Below are positions 39,518 to 48,202 of a stretch of 64,000 bases of DNA, piece by piece; position 1 is the first letter of the stretch; every line of letters starts with the position of its first letter. The stretch lies in the NCBI GenBank assembly GCA_963699235.1, contig OY969424.1, positions 20,311-84,310 of the forward strand, read 5' to 3'. The stretch comes from an uncultured Chloroflexia bacterium (GTDB taxonomy: Bacteria > Chloroflexota > Limnocylindria > QHBO01). The notes under the pieces were generated by a model. It made no database searches. It was not told the origin of the DNA and was given only the letters and a program-made list of their open reading frames with translations. Position numbers and translations under genes: made by a program.

Positions 39518-41023
39518 ATGCTCCGATCCGATTTGACCGCAGCGATTGCGCGGGCGGTGGGTACCGGGTTGGCCCTGGTGCTCCCCGCGGCCGTGGTGGC
39601 CGCCCTGCGCCTGTTCCCCCCGCTGCCCCTCGAGCCCGATGGGGCGACCGGCTGGCTCGCCCCGGCGACGCTGGGCGTGATCGCCCTTTTCTCGGCCGTC
39701 TCGGTCGTTCCGCTGATGGGAGGCCTCGTGACGTCCGGTCGGCTGGCTGCCGGTGCCGCGGGGATGAGTGCCACCGCCCTCACCGCCGGCACGGCTGCCC
39801 TGGCCCTTGCCGGCCCCGAGGCCTCTCCTTCGCTCCCGAACAGTGGGCTTGCGCTGACGCTGGTCGTAGTTGCGGTTGGCTTTGCCGTCGCCGCCTGGGC
39901 CGGCTACCGGACCGTCGCCGACGAGCGGGGCCGCTGGCTCGGCGTCATCCTCGCGCTCGTCCTGGCCGAGACGGCCCTCGCGGCTGCCCTGCTCGCACCG
40001 GGTTCCGCCCTGGACGACCTGACCGTGCCCTTCTTCGCGGTTGGGGCGGTCATTGCGGTAGCCGCCGCGGCCGTCTGGTTCCGCCGTGGCACCCCGGTCA
40101 CCGCCCTGGCGCCGCTGACCGTGGCCATCGCCGCCGCCCTCCTGGGATGGTCCCGACCCGGCACCGCCGACGCGTTGGTGGCTCTGACCCCGCTCCTGCT
40201 CACCCCGCCGCTCCTGGTGGCCGGCTTCGTCACCCGATCGGGCGCAGCCGACACGGACGAGGACGAAACCGACGAAGCCGAAACGCCGCCGGTGGCCACC
40301 GAAGTCGCGAGCATCACGGTTGCCGCGGCGGCCTCGAAGCCGCCGGTCGATGACGGCGAGCGCCTCGGCCGCGAGCTCCGGGCCGCGCTCGCCGAGCTGA
40401 CCGACGCCCGTCACACCATCGCGCTCCAGCGGACCGAGCTGGAGCGGGCCGCGGACAGCGACACCCTCACCGGGGTCATGAGCCGCAACTCGATCACCGA
40501 CCGCCTCCGCGAGGAGGTAGCCTCCGCCCGCCGCTACCCGCACTCGGTGTCGGTCGTCCTCATGGACGTGGACGGCATGGGCGAGATCAATGCCCGGTAC
40601 GGCACCGCGGCCGGCGACGCGGTGCTGAGCGAGCTCGCGCTGCGGATCCGGGTCCGGGTCCGTGAGGCCGACGCTCTGGGCCGGATGGGTGGCGACGCCT
40701 TCCTGGCCGTCCTCCCCCATACCGATGAGCAGGGAGCCACCGTCTTCGCCGAGGCCATCCGGGCGCGAGCCACCCAGCGCCCGATCTCGACCGGCCGAGG
40801 CGAGGTCTGGGTGACCGTCTCGATCGGCGTCACCACCATGCGCTCGCGCCAGGAGCTGACGGCCGACGTCCTGCTGGCGCGTGCCGACGAGGCGGTCGCC
40901 TCGGCCCGCGCCGGCGGCGGCAACGTCATCGCGTACGACCGGCTCCACGGCCTCGCCCGCCTCGACGAGCGGCGGAAGGAACCGACTGACGAGGAGTCCC
41001 TGGACGACAACGGCGAGGCCTAG
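39518..41023 (+). CDS. Membrane protein with coiled coil and degenerate GGDEF (GGDAF) domain
   Basis: About 8 TM, acidic linker, DTLTG, DVDGM..IN..YG..AGD, READ-ALGRM-GGDAF, VTVSIG, ARADEA. Confidence 0.88.
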   Translation: MLRSDLTAAIARAVGTGLALVLPAAVVAALRLFPPLPLEPDGATGWLAPATLGVIALFSAVSVVPLMGGLVTSGRLAAGAAGMSATALTAGTAALALAGPEASPSLPNSGLALTLVVVAVGFAVAAWAGYRTVADERGRWLGVILALVLAETALAAALLAPGSALDDLTVPFFAVGAVIAVAAAAVWFRRGTPVTALAPLTVAIAAALLGWSRPGTADALVALTPLLLTPPLLVAGFVTRSGAADTDEDETDEAETPPVATEVASITVAAAASKPPVDDGERLGRELRAALAELTDARHTIALQRTELERAADSDTLTGVMSRNSITDRLREEVASARRYPHSVSVVLMDVDGMGEINARYGTAAGDAVLSELALRIRVRVREADALGRMGGDAFLAVLPHTDEQGATVFAEAIRARATQRPISTGRGEVWVTVSIGVTTMRSRQELTADVLLARADEAVASARAGGGNVIAYDRLHGLARLDERRKEPTDEESLDDNGEA

Positions 41024-41059
41024 CCACTGCCGGGGGACCACAAGATATCGGCCTGAGGG

Positions 41060-41088
41060 TTATCCACACCACTACAGGTTGTGGATAA
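41060..41088. promoter_or_regulatory. Pair of perfect DnaA boxes in inverted orientation
   Basis: TTATCCACA (41060-41068) and TGTGGATAA (41080-41088), 11 bp apart, upstream of thyX. Confidence 0.8.
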
Positions 41089-41171
41089 GGCCCTCCTTTC
41101 GGCATCGGTCCGGTGCTAGACTCCAGCCCTTACCACCATCCCCGCGAAGCTGCCGGAACACGACTGAAACC

Positions 41172-42092
41172 ATGCCGCCGACCTCGCCGAACCTGTCCGC
41201 CAAGCTGATCTTCCCGACCGCGGAGATCGTGGAGGAGTACTACCTCCCGATCATCTACACCGCCTGCCGGACCTGCTACTCGGAGCTGCTGCCGGACGTC
41301 ATCTGGGACAAGGCGGTCTCCCGATCGGTGGCCGACGAGAAGCAGCAGGCGCTTGTCCGCAAGGTCATGGAGTCGGGCCACGGCTCGACCATCGAGCACG
41401 TCAACTTCACGTTCGCCATCAGTGGCGTGACCCGGACGCTGTCCCACCAGCTGGTCCGCCATCGGGCGGGGACGGCCTTCGACCAGCAGTCGCAGCGCTA
41501 CGTCTCGTTCAAGGCCCGCGACAACTACACCATCCCTGACTCGATCACCAAGGGCGAGCTGCCCGACGACCTGGCCGGCCGATTCCAGCGCGCGATCGAC
41601 GAGAACCTCGACCTCTACGGTCAGCTCCTCCAGGCCGAGGTCCCGGCCGAGGACGCGCGGTTCATCTTCCCCAACGCCATGCAGACCAACCTGATCATGA
41701 CCGTGAACCTGCGCCAGCTCATCCACATGAGCGGCCTGCGGCTCTGCACCATGGCCCAGTGGGAGATCCGCCAGCTCTTCAAGCAGATCCGCCACGAGAT
41801 CTTCCGGGTCTCGCCCTTCTTCGGCTCGTTCCTGGCCCCCAAGTGCGTGCCGCTGGGCTACTGCGACGAGATGGGCAACCGCGACGAGCACTGCCGCATC
41901 CGCCCCCACCGCGACACGGTGATGGCCGTCTGGGAGGCCTACCGCGGTGGCGAGCTGACCGAGACCGACGGGCCGATCGTCCCCGAGACCTCGCCCTTCC
42001 GCCCCAAGCCGCGCCGGACCGATTCGGTCCCCGTCGCGATGGACGCCCCCGAGGCCGCCGTCGGCCAGGCTGCCCAGGCCGACCGCTTCTAG
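41172..42092 (+). CDS. thyX: FAD-dependent thymidylate synthase
   Basis: GHGSTIEH, SGVTRTLSHQLVRHR-x7-SQRY, AEDARF, NLRQL, AQWEIR. Confidence 0.95.
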   Translation: MPPTSPNLSAKLIFPTAEIVEEYYLPIIYTACRTCYSELLPDVIWDKAVSRSVADEKQQALVRKVMESGHGSTIEHVNFTFAISGVTRTLSHQLVRHRAGTAFDQQSQRYVSFKARDNYTIPDSITKGELPDDLAGRFQRAIDENLDLYGQLLQAEVPAEDARFIFPNAMQTNLIMTVNLRQLIHMSGLRLCTMAQWEIRQLFKQIRHEIFRVSPFFGSFLAPKCVPLGYCDEMGNRDEHCRIRPHRDTVMAVWEAYRGGELTETDGPIVPETSPFRPKPRRTDSVPVAMDAPEAAVGQAAQADRF

Positions 42093-42101
42093 GACCTCGA
42101 C

Positions 42102-42569
42102 CTAGCCGTTCGGCTCTTTGCGGCCGGCGAGGAGGCGTTTGACCGATTCGCCCGCGCGGCGGACGCGGGTCTCGGGGCGCTTGGCCTCAGCCACCCAGTC
42201 GGCGTACGCCTTCTGGTGGCTGAACGACAGCGAGTCGTAGACCGCCCGCGCCTTCGTGTTGCCGGCCAGCGACGCGGCCAGCTCGGGAGGCGGCTTCACG
42301 ACCCGTGGTTCGGTGTCGAGCTCGAAGATGATCCGCACCCGGTCGCCGTGGTCGATACCGATCGCCTCGCGGTTGGCCCGGTTCACGACGACGTAGTACT
42401 CGCCGCCGTAGCGGGCCGGGGTCGTCCGGAAGGTGTAGCCGCGGATCGTGACCCGGACTGGGGGCCGGTGGCGGCCGAAGGTCGCCTGGAAATCCACCGG
42501 GACGATGAAGAAGTACTCACCGCCTTTGCCGGTGAGGGTTGCGGTGGTCGTGACGGCAGTCGTGGACAT
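42102..42569 (-). CDS. DUF1905 plus YdeI/OmpD-associated domain protein
   Basis: PVRVTIRGYTFRT; C-terminal PPELAASL..N..A...YDSLS.SHQK.Y..WV.EAKRPETR. Confidence 0.82.
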   Translation of the reverse strand: MSTTAVTTTATLTGKGGEYFFIVPVDFQATFGRHRPPVRVTIRGYTFRTTPARYGGEYYVVVNRANREAIGIDHGDRVRIIFELDTEPRVVKPPPELAASLAGNTKARAVYDSLSFSHQKAYADWVAEAKRPETRVRRAGESVKRLLAGRKEPNG

Positions 42570-42572
42570 CGG

Positions 42573-43004
42573 TCAGTAGTTCTCCTCGCCGACCGCGAAC
42601 GCGCGGAGGGCGGCGTCGCAGGCTTCGGCCGCAGCCTGTGCCTGCGACAGGAAGAAGGGCGCCATCTTGGTCGAGTCCACGATGAGGACGGTCCGACCGC
42701 GCTCGTTGACGCCCAGCACGATGCGGTCCTCGCCGTGGAACGAGATGCTCCAGTTCGACTGGAGCTGGACCAGCTCGGCGAGGACGACGTCCTCCGTGAA
42801 GGACCAGTCGAGGTACGCCGCGTTCAAGGTGGTGACCACGTCACGGAGCTGGTGGGTCAGGTTTCGCGAGAGGCGTGAGAGGCCGACGAGGATGCGAATG
42901 GACGAGAACGGATCGCCGGCGCGGCCCACCTGCGGCGGCGAAATCTCCGGATCCGGCATCCCCTCCGGGACGTCTCCGAGCAGGGGCTGGTTGGCAACGG
43001 TCAC
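42573..43004 (-). CDS. Hypothetical protein
   Basis: 143-aa ORF, typical codon usage, GATACT box upstream. Confidence 0.6.
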   Translation of the reverse strand: MTVANQPLLGDVPEGMPDPEISPPQVGRAGDPFSSIRILVGLSRLSRNLTHQLRDVVTTLNAAYLDWSFTEDVVLAELVQLQSNWSISFHGEDRIVLGVNERGRTVLIVDSTKMAPFFLSQAQAAAEACDAALRAFAVGEENY

Positions 43005-43034
43005 GGTCGGTCGAGTATCGCTGATCGGCGCCGA

Positions 43035-43391
43035 TCAGCCGATGCGGAGGCCAAGCTCTGCTACCGGGTTCGGCTCGAGGAGGTGGACCGCGCCGGCATC
43101 GCCCATCGCCCCCAGGACCAGCACCTGGCTGGCCAGGCCCGCGATCCGACGGGGCGGGAAGTTCACGACGGCCACCACCTGGCGGCCGACGAGGGCGCTC
43201 GGGTCGGGGTAGGTCACGGTCAGCTGGGCGGCAGACTCCCGCTCGCCGAGGTCGGGCCCGAAGTCGATCCGCAGCCGATAGGACGGATTACGCGCGTCGA
43301 GAAATGGCTCCGCGGCCACGATCCGCCCGACACGGATGTCCGCCTCGAAGAACTGGTCGACCGTGGTCTCGGGGGATGGATCGTCAGCCAT
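43035..43391 (-). CDS. csaA: tRNA-binding/secretion chaperone CsaA
   Basis: DIRVGRI..AE, RIDFG, SAAQLT, VVNFPPRRIAG..SQVL. Confidence 0.88.
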   Translation of the reverse strand: MADDPSPETTVDQFFEADIRVGRIVAAEPFLDARNPSYRLRIDFGPDLGERESAAQLTVTYPDPSALVGRQVVAVVNFPPRRIAGLASQVLVLGAMGDAGAVHLLEPNPVAELGLRIG

Positions 43392-43525
43392 TGGTACCTG
43401 TATACCGGACCGCGAAGGCTGGCGCGGCGCACGAGCCGGTGCGGGCACGCACCGCCGTTCGGTTCCCACTCGGGCAGTACTCTCGTGTGCTGTTCGCCGC
43501 CTCGGCCAGCCGGTAATTTCGGTTC

Positions 43526-44083
43526 GTGACCTTCTGGAACTGGCGACGGGGAAGTGGTGGGTCGGCCACTTCCGGAACCGCCGCCCTCGCCAACGGTACC
43601 GACCTCGCCCCGATCGAGCTGTACACGCCCGATACGCGGGTCGTCGGTTGGATCGCCTCGAACGGGCAGCGGGTGACCGACCTGCTGATGGTGAGCAACG
43701 AGCTGCGCCTCTGGCAGCCGAGCGCCGGCAGCGACGACATGACCCTGCGGCCGATGCTCGACAAGTCCGGGGAGTGGCGCACGGTGCCCACCGAGGACGT
43801 GGTCGTGGTCATGCCCCCCGAGTGGCGCACAAACCGACAGCTCCGGCTCCACCGCCGCATCCAGCGCGTTGCGGCCGACACCGGCACGTTCACCGTGACC
43901 GGCAACCTCCACCTCACGCCTGGCGCGCCGTTTCCCGAGCCATACCAGATGCACGGCTTCTTCCCGCTGACCGAGGCGCACCTGCTCCACCACGGCGAGC
44001 CGGCATTCGAGCACGTCGTGTCGGTGGTCATCGTCAACACCAAGTTCATCGAGACCCTGGTCCCGCTCGTCAGCCTCGCCTGA
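43526..44083 (+). CDS. Hypothetical protein (predicted all-beta)
   Basis: 185-aa ORF; TAATTT box 6 nt upstream of GTG. Confidence 0.6.
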   Translation: MTFWNWRRGSGGSATSGTAALANGTDLAPIELYTPDTRVVGWIASNGQRVTDLLMVSNELRLWQPSAGSDDMTLRPMLDKSGEWRTVPTEDVVVVMPPEWRTNRQLRLHRRIQRVAADTGTFTVTGNLHLTPGAPFPEPYQMHGFFPLTEAHLLHHGEPAFEHVVSVVIVNTKFIETLVPLVSLA

Positions 44084-44132
44084 TCGATTCGGGCCGCATT
44101 GGCCCGATCAGCCCGCCTCATAATCGGCCGAC

Positions 44133-45731
44133 ATGGCCGTCCTGCCCTCCGCGGTCGATCCTGCCTCCGAGACCTTTTCCGCCAACGCGGATGCGATGCG
44201 CGCGCTTGTCGAGGACCTGCGCAAGCGGACTGCCCGCGTCACAGGTGCCGGCGCCGGAGGCGACGAGAAGGCCATCGCCCGTCACCGCGAGCGCGGCAAG
44301 CTCCTCGTTCGCGAGCGCGTTTACCAGCTGATCGACCCCGGCTCGGCGTTCCTCGAGCTGTCCGCCTTGGCCGCCAACGGACTGTACGACGATGACGCGC
44401 CAGGTGCCGGCATCGTCACCGGCATCGGTCGGGTGGAGGGGGTCGAATGCGTGATCGTGGCCAACGACGCCACGGTCAAGGGCGGCACCTACTACCCGAT
44501 GACCGTCAAGAAGCACCTCCGGGCCCAGGAGATCGCGCTCGAGAACCGGCTGCCGTGCCTGTACCTGGTGGACAGCGGCGGGGCGTTTCTGCCGCTCCAG
44601 GACGAGGTGTTCCCCGACAAGGACGACTTCGGCCGCATCTTCTTCAACCAGGCCCAGCTGTCCTCGCGGGGGATCCCGCAGATCGCCATCGTGATGGGCC
44701 AGTCCACCGCCGGCGGGGCGTACGTGCCGGCCATGAGCGACGAAGCCGTGATCGTCCGCGGGACGGGAGCCATCTTCATCGGCGGCCCGCCCCTGGTGAA
44801 GGCCGCCACCGGCGAAGAAGTGACGGCCGAGGAGCTGGGTGGGGCGGAGGTCCACACCGTGACCAGCGGCGTGGCCGACCACTACGCCCTGACCGATGAG
44901 CACGCCCTGGCCATCGGTCGCTCCATCGTGCGCAACCTCGCCTGGCGCAAGCCCGAGCCGCCGTGGGAGACGACCGCCCCTCGGCCGCCATCGGTCGATC
45001 CCGAGGAGCTGTACGGGGTCATCCCGGCCGACCCGCGCCGGTCGTACGACGTCCACGAGGTCATCGCCCGCCTGGTGGACGACAGCGAGCTCCACGAGTT
45101 CAAGGAGCGGTACGGGGAGACCCTCGTGTGCGGGTTCGCCCGGCTTGAGGGCTACCCGGTCGGAATCCTGGCCAACAACGGGATCCTGTTCCGCGAGTCG
45201 GCACTGAAGGGCGCCCACTTCATCGAGCTCGCCTCGCAGCGGAAGATCCCGCTCGTGTTCCTCCAGAACATCACCGGCTTCATGGTCGGGCGTGAGTACG
45301 AGGCCGGCGGGCTGGCCAAGGACGGGGCCAAGCTGGTGACCGCGGTCTCGACCACCGCGGTGCCCAAGTTCACGGTCATCATCGGCGGCTCGTTCGGGGC
45401 CGGGAACTACGGCATGGCGGGTCGTGCGTACAGCCCCCGCCAGCTGTGGATGTGGCCGAACAGCCGGATCAGCGTCATGGGAGGGCCGCAGGCGGCCCGA
45501 GTCCTGTCCACCGTCCGCGGCGACTTCGAGACCGATGCCGAGCGCGACGCCTTCGAGGCGCCGATCCTGGCCGAGTACGACCGCCAGGGCTCGCCGTATT
45601 ACTCCACCGCCCGGCTGTGGGACGACGGGGTGATCGACCCGATGGACACTCGCCGCGTGCTGGCGATGGGCATCAGCGCCGCGCTGAACGACGTCATTCC
45701 CGAGACGCGCTTCGGCGTGTTCCGAATGTAG
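44133..45731 (+). CDS. mccB: Methylcrotonoyl-CoA carboxylase beta subunit (carboxyltransferase)
   Basis: [55 protein letters not shown]. Confidence 0.93.
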   Translation: MAVLPSAVDPASETFSANADAMRALVEDLRKRTARVTGAGAGGDEKAIARHRERGKLLVRERVYQLIDPGSAFLELSALAANGLYDDDAPGAGIVTGIGRVEGVECVIVANDATVKGGTYYPMTVKKHLRAQEIALENRLPCLYLVDSGGAFLPLQDEVFPDKDDFGRIFFNQAQLSSRGIPQIAIVMGQSTAGGAYVPAMSDEAVIVRGTGAIFIGGPPLVKAATGEEVTAEELGGAEVHTVTSGVADHYALTDEHALAIGRSIVRNLAWRKPEPPWETTAPRPPSVDPEELYGVIPADPRRSYDVHEVIARLVDDSELHEFKERYGETLVCGFARLEGYPVGILANNGILFRESALKGAHFIELASQRKIPLVFLQNITGFMVGREYEAGGLAKDGAKLVTAVSTTAVPKFTVIIGGSFGAGNYGMAGRAYSPRQLWMWPNSRISVMGGPQAARVLSTVRGDFETDAERDAFEAPILAEYDRQGSPYYSTARLWDDGVIDPMDTRRVLAMGISAALNDVIPETRFGVFRM

Positions 45732-45779
45732 GACGCGGATGCGGCCGTCTAGACTGCGCCGAAACGGAGGCTCAGCCCA

Positions 45780-46202
45780 ATGATCAGTCTCGGGGTCCTG
45801 CTCGTGGTCCTGGGGGTTGGCTCGCTCGTCCTGCCGGCCCTGAACCTTCAGCTCCAGCTGATAGAGATCGTGGACCCGTACCAGCCGTGGGCCGGCGTCA
45901 TCGTCGCCGCGGTCGGCCTCATTACGATCCTGTTCGGCGCCCAGCGTCGCGGCCGAAAGGCCGCCGAGCCGGCCCAGGCGACTGCCACCGCGGTGGCCCC
46001 TGCCGCTCCAGCGGCGGCTGCTCCCCCACCGGCTGCTCCCCCACCCGCAGTCGAGCCACAAGCGGCCCCGGTCGCCCCGGCCTCCACGGCCTGGCCCGAG
46101 ACCGCGACCGCACCGCCGACCGCTGGGACCACGCCGCCCGCGGCGCCGGAGCCCGAGAGCAAACCCTGGCCCACGGACCCTCCGGAGCGTCACGACGACT
46201 AG
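45780..46202 (+). CDS. Hypothetical membrane protein with Ala/Pro-rich tail
   Basis: GGAGG SD; two TM followed by low-complexity tail. Confidence 0.65.
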   Translation: MISLGVLLVVLGVGSLVLPALNLQLQLIEIVDPYQPWAGVIVAAVGLITILFGAQRRGRKAAEPAQATATAVAPAAPAAAAPPPAAPPPAVEPQAAPVAPASTAWPETATAPPTAGTTPPAAPEPESKPWPTDPPERHDD

Positions 46203-46995
46203 CGACGAGGAGCGGCCGCTCCCCGGCTCCCACGAGCGCGGCGTCCCGACGGGGACCCTGGAGGAGAGCGCGGTCGCCCTGTACGAGGCCGCGATCGCGG
46301 CCCGCGACGCCGAGGGCGGCGATGATCCCGCCCCGCTCCGCGCGTTCTACCGTGCGATCGGGGGGGCAACCCTCCTGCTGCCGGTCCCGCCCGGGACCGA
46401 GCAGGAGGCGCAGGCCGCGGTCGACCGGGCGGTGGACGACGACGAGGAGGTCGAGGTCGGCGTGCTCCTCGGCCGCGGGACCGATGGCGCCCCGGTCAGC
46501 GTGGCTTTCGGCTCCTACGCCGCCCTGGCTGCCTGGTCCCCGCTGGGATCCACGTCTCTTGCGCTCCCGGCACGGATCGCGCTGACCAACCTGGCGAATG
46601 CCGGCATGCCGGTCATCCTGGATCCGGCCGGGCCGATTCCCTATCGGTTCGAGCCCGACGAGATCGCGGCCCTGGCCGCCGGTCGGATGCCGGGGGCCGA
46701 CGAGCCGCTGTTCAGCACCAACGGCGGGAGCTCGATCCGGGTTCGACTTCCCGGGCCCGAGGCGCGCGAAACCGAGCGCCGACTGGCGTCGGAGCTGGCG
46801 GAATGGCCGGGGCTGCGCGAGGCATACCTGGTCGAGGCCGACACCGGCTCCGGCTGGGGGCTGCTCCTGGGCCTGGTCGGCGGAGGCGGACCGATGCCGC
46901 CGCTTCCCAACGACGTCGAGGCGCTCTGGCTCGCCGAGCCGCTGCTCGGCAGCGTCCGGGCCGTATCGGACCCGTTCCACCGCGGCCACCGGTGA
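46195..46995 (+). CDS. SseB-family protein; non-canonical (ACG) start proposed
   Basis: LRAFYRAIGGATLLLPVP, then VAFGSYAALAAW; coding frame is open well upstream of the first GTG (46432). Confidence 0.65.
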   Translation, partial: TTSDEERPLPGSHERGVPTGTLEESAVALYEAAIAARDAEGGDDPAPLRAFYRAIGGATLLLPVPPGTEQEAQAAVDRAVDDDEEVEVGVLLGRGTDGAPVSVAFGSYAALAAWSPLGSTSLALPARIALTNLANAGMPVILDPAGPIPYRFEPDEIAALAAGRMPGADEPLFSTNGGSSIRVRLPGPEARETERRLASELAEWPGLREAYLVEADTGSGWGLLLGLVGGGGPMPPLPNDVEALWLAEPLLGSVRAVSDPFHRGHR

Positions 46996-47789
46996 GCGCT
47001 CCGCTCCGGGTCGAGCGCATCGGTCCGGTGGCCCGGATCATCCTGGACCGGCCGGAGGTCAGGAACGCGTTCAACGCCGAGCTCATCGCCGCCCTGACCG
47101 CCACGTTCGTCGGCCTTGGACAGGAGTCCCCGGAGGCGCTTCGCGTCGTCGTCCTGGCCGGGGACGGGCAGGTGTTCTGCGCCGGAGCCGACGTCGCGTG
47201 GATGCGCGCCGCGGCGGACCTTGACCGTGACGCGAACGAGGCCGACGCCGGCCGGCTGGCGACCATGCTCGACGCCATCGACACCTGCCCGGTACCGGTC
47301 GTGACCCGGGTCCACGGCGCCGCCCTGGGAGGCGGGATGGGCTTGTGCGCGGTGTCGGACATCGTGATCAGCACCGCTGACGCGATGTTCGGCTTCACCG
47401 AGACCCGGCTCGGCATCCTGCCGGCCGTGATCGGGCCGTACGCGCTGGCCAAGATCGGGGAGAGCCAGGCCCGGGCGCTGTTCCTTACCGGGAGCCGATT
47501 CGGTGCGGAGCGGGCGAAGGAGATCGGGCTCGTCCACGAGGTCGTCGCGGACGAGGCAGCGGCGGACACACGGATGGCCGAACTGATCGAGGAGCTGCTC
47601 GCGGCGGGGCCGACCGCGGTTCGCGAGGCAAAGGCGCTCATCCGCCGGCTGCGGGGGCAGCCCGGACCGCAGGCACAGGCCCTGACGGTGGCCGCCATTT
47701 CCCGGCAGCGGACGAGCCCCGAGGGCCAGGAAGGGCTTTCGGCGTTCCTCGAGAGGCGGAGTCCGGCCTGGAAGGACACGACGCGTTGA
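46992..47789 (+). CDS. liuC: Enoyl-CoA hydratase family (methylglutaconyl-CoA hydratase-like)
   Basis: RPEVRNAFN, FCAGADV, GAALGGGMGL..VSD, FGFTETRLG; position in leucine cluster. Confidence 0.85.
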   Translation: MSAPLRVERIGPVARIILDRPEVRNAFNAELIAALTATFVGLGQESPEALRVVVLAGDGQVFCAGADVAWMRAAADLDRDANEADAGRLATMLDAIDTCPVPVVTRVHGAALGGGMGLCAVSDIVISTADAMFGFTETRLGILPAVIGPYALAKIGESQARALFLTGSRFGAERAKEIGLVHEVVADEAAADTRMAELIEELLAAGPTAVREAKALIRRLRGQPGPQAQALTVAAISRQRTSPEGQEGLSAFLERRSPAWKDTTR

Positions 47790-48169
47790 CCACAACTGGG
47801 CTCTCCGGCTCCATGCGGTTGGCCGCCGGGCTGGTGGGGCTGATGGGCCTGATCCTCGTCGGCAGCGGTGTCTATTCCTTCGTCGAGGCGCTGTTCCTCA
47901 CACAGTCGATGCAATTCGGCCTGATCGTCGGACCCATCTTGGTGCTTGCCGGCCTCCCCGGCGTCATCGCGTTCGGGCTCCTCTGGCGGGAGGGCCGTGG
48001 GTGGCGGCTGGCGGTGGCCTGGAGCGCTGCCATGTTGCTCCTGGCGGTCTGGAGCATCCTGAGCGTGATCCTGTCGCCAGGTACCCACGGTCCACCGCCC
48101 GTTTCCGTGGTCTGGGCCATCGCGTCCGCCGTGGCATTGGTCACCCTGCTCATCGCGAGGACCCGCTGA
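47786..48169 (+). CDS. Hypothetical membrane protein (about 4 TM)
   Basis: Hydrophobic ORF, TTGA overlap with hydratase. Confidence 0.6.
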   Translation: MTTTGLSGSMRLAAGLVGLMGLILVGSGVYSFVEALFLTQSMQFGLIVGPILVLAGLPGVIAFGLLWREGRGWRLAVAWSAAMLLLAVWSILSVILSPGTHGPPPVSVVWAIASAVALVTLLIARTR

Positions 48170-48202
48170 CAAGCTCGAGTTGACCCCTGCGACAATCGCG
48201 AC

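Noticed and set aside
41024-41171. Replication origin at the DnaA-box pair
   Set aside because: Only two boxes, about 150 bp intergenic, no AT-rich unwinding element or DnaA-trios seen, no dnaA/dnaN nearby
45960-46190. Pro/Ala-rich stretches here and in lipoprotein linkers as DNA repeats
   Set aside because: Explained by low-complexity protein linkers
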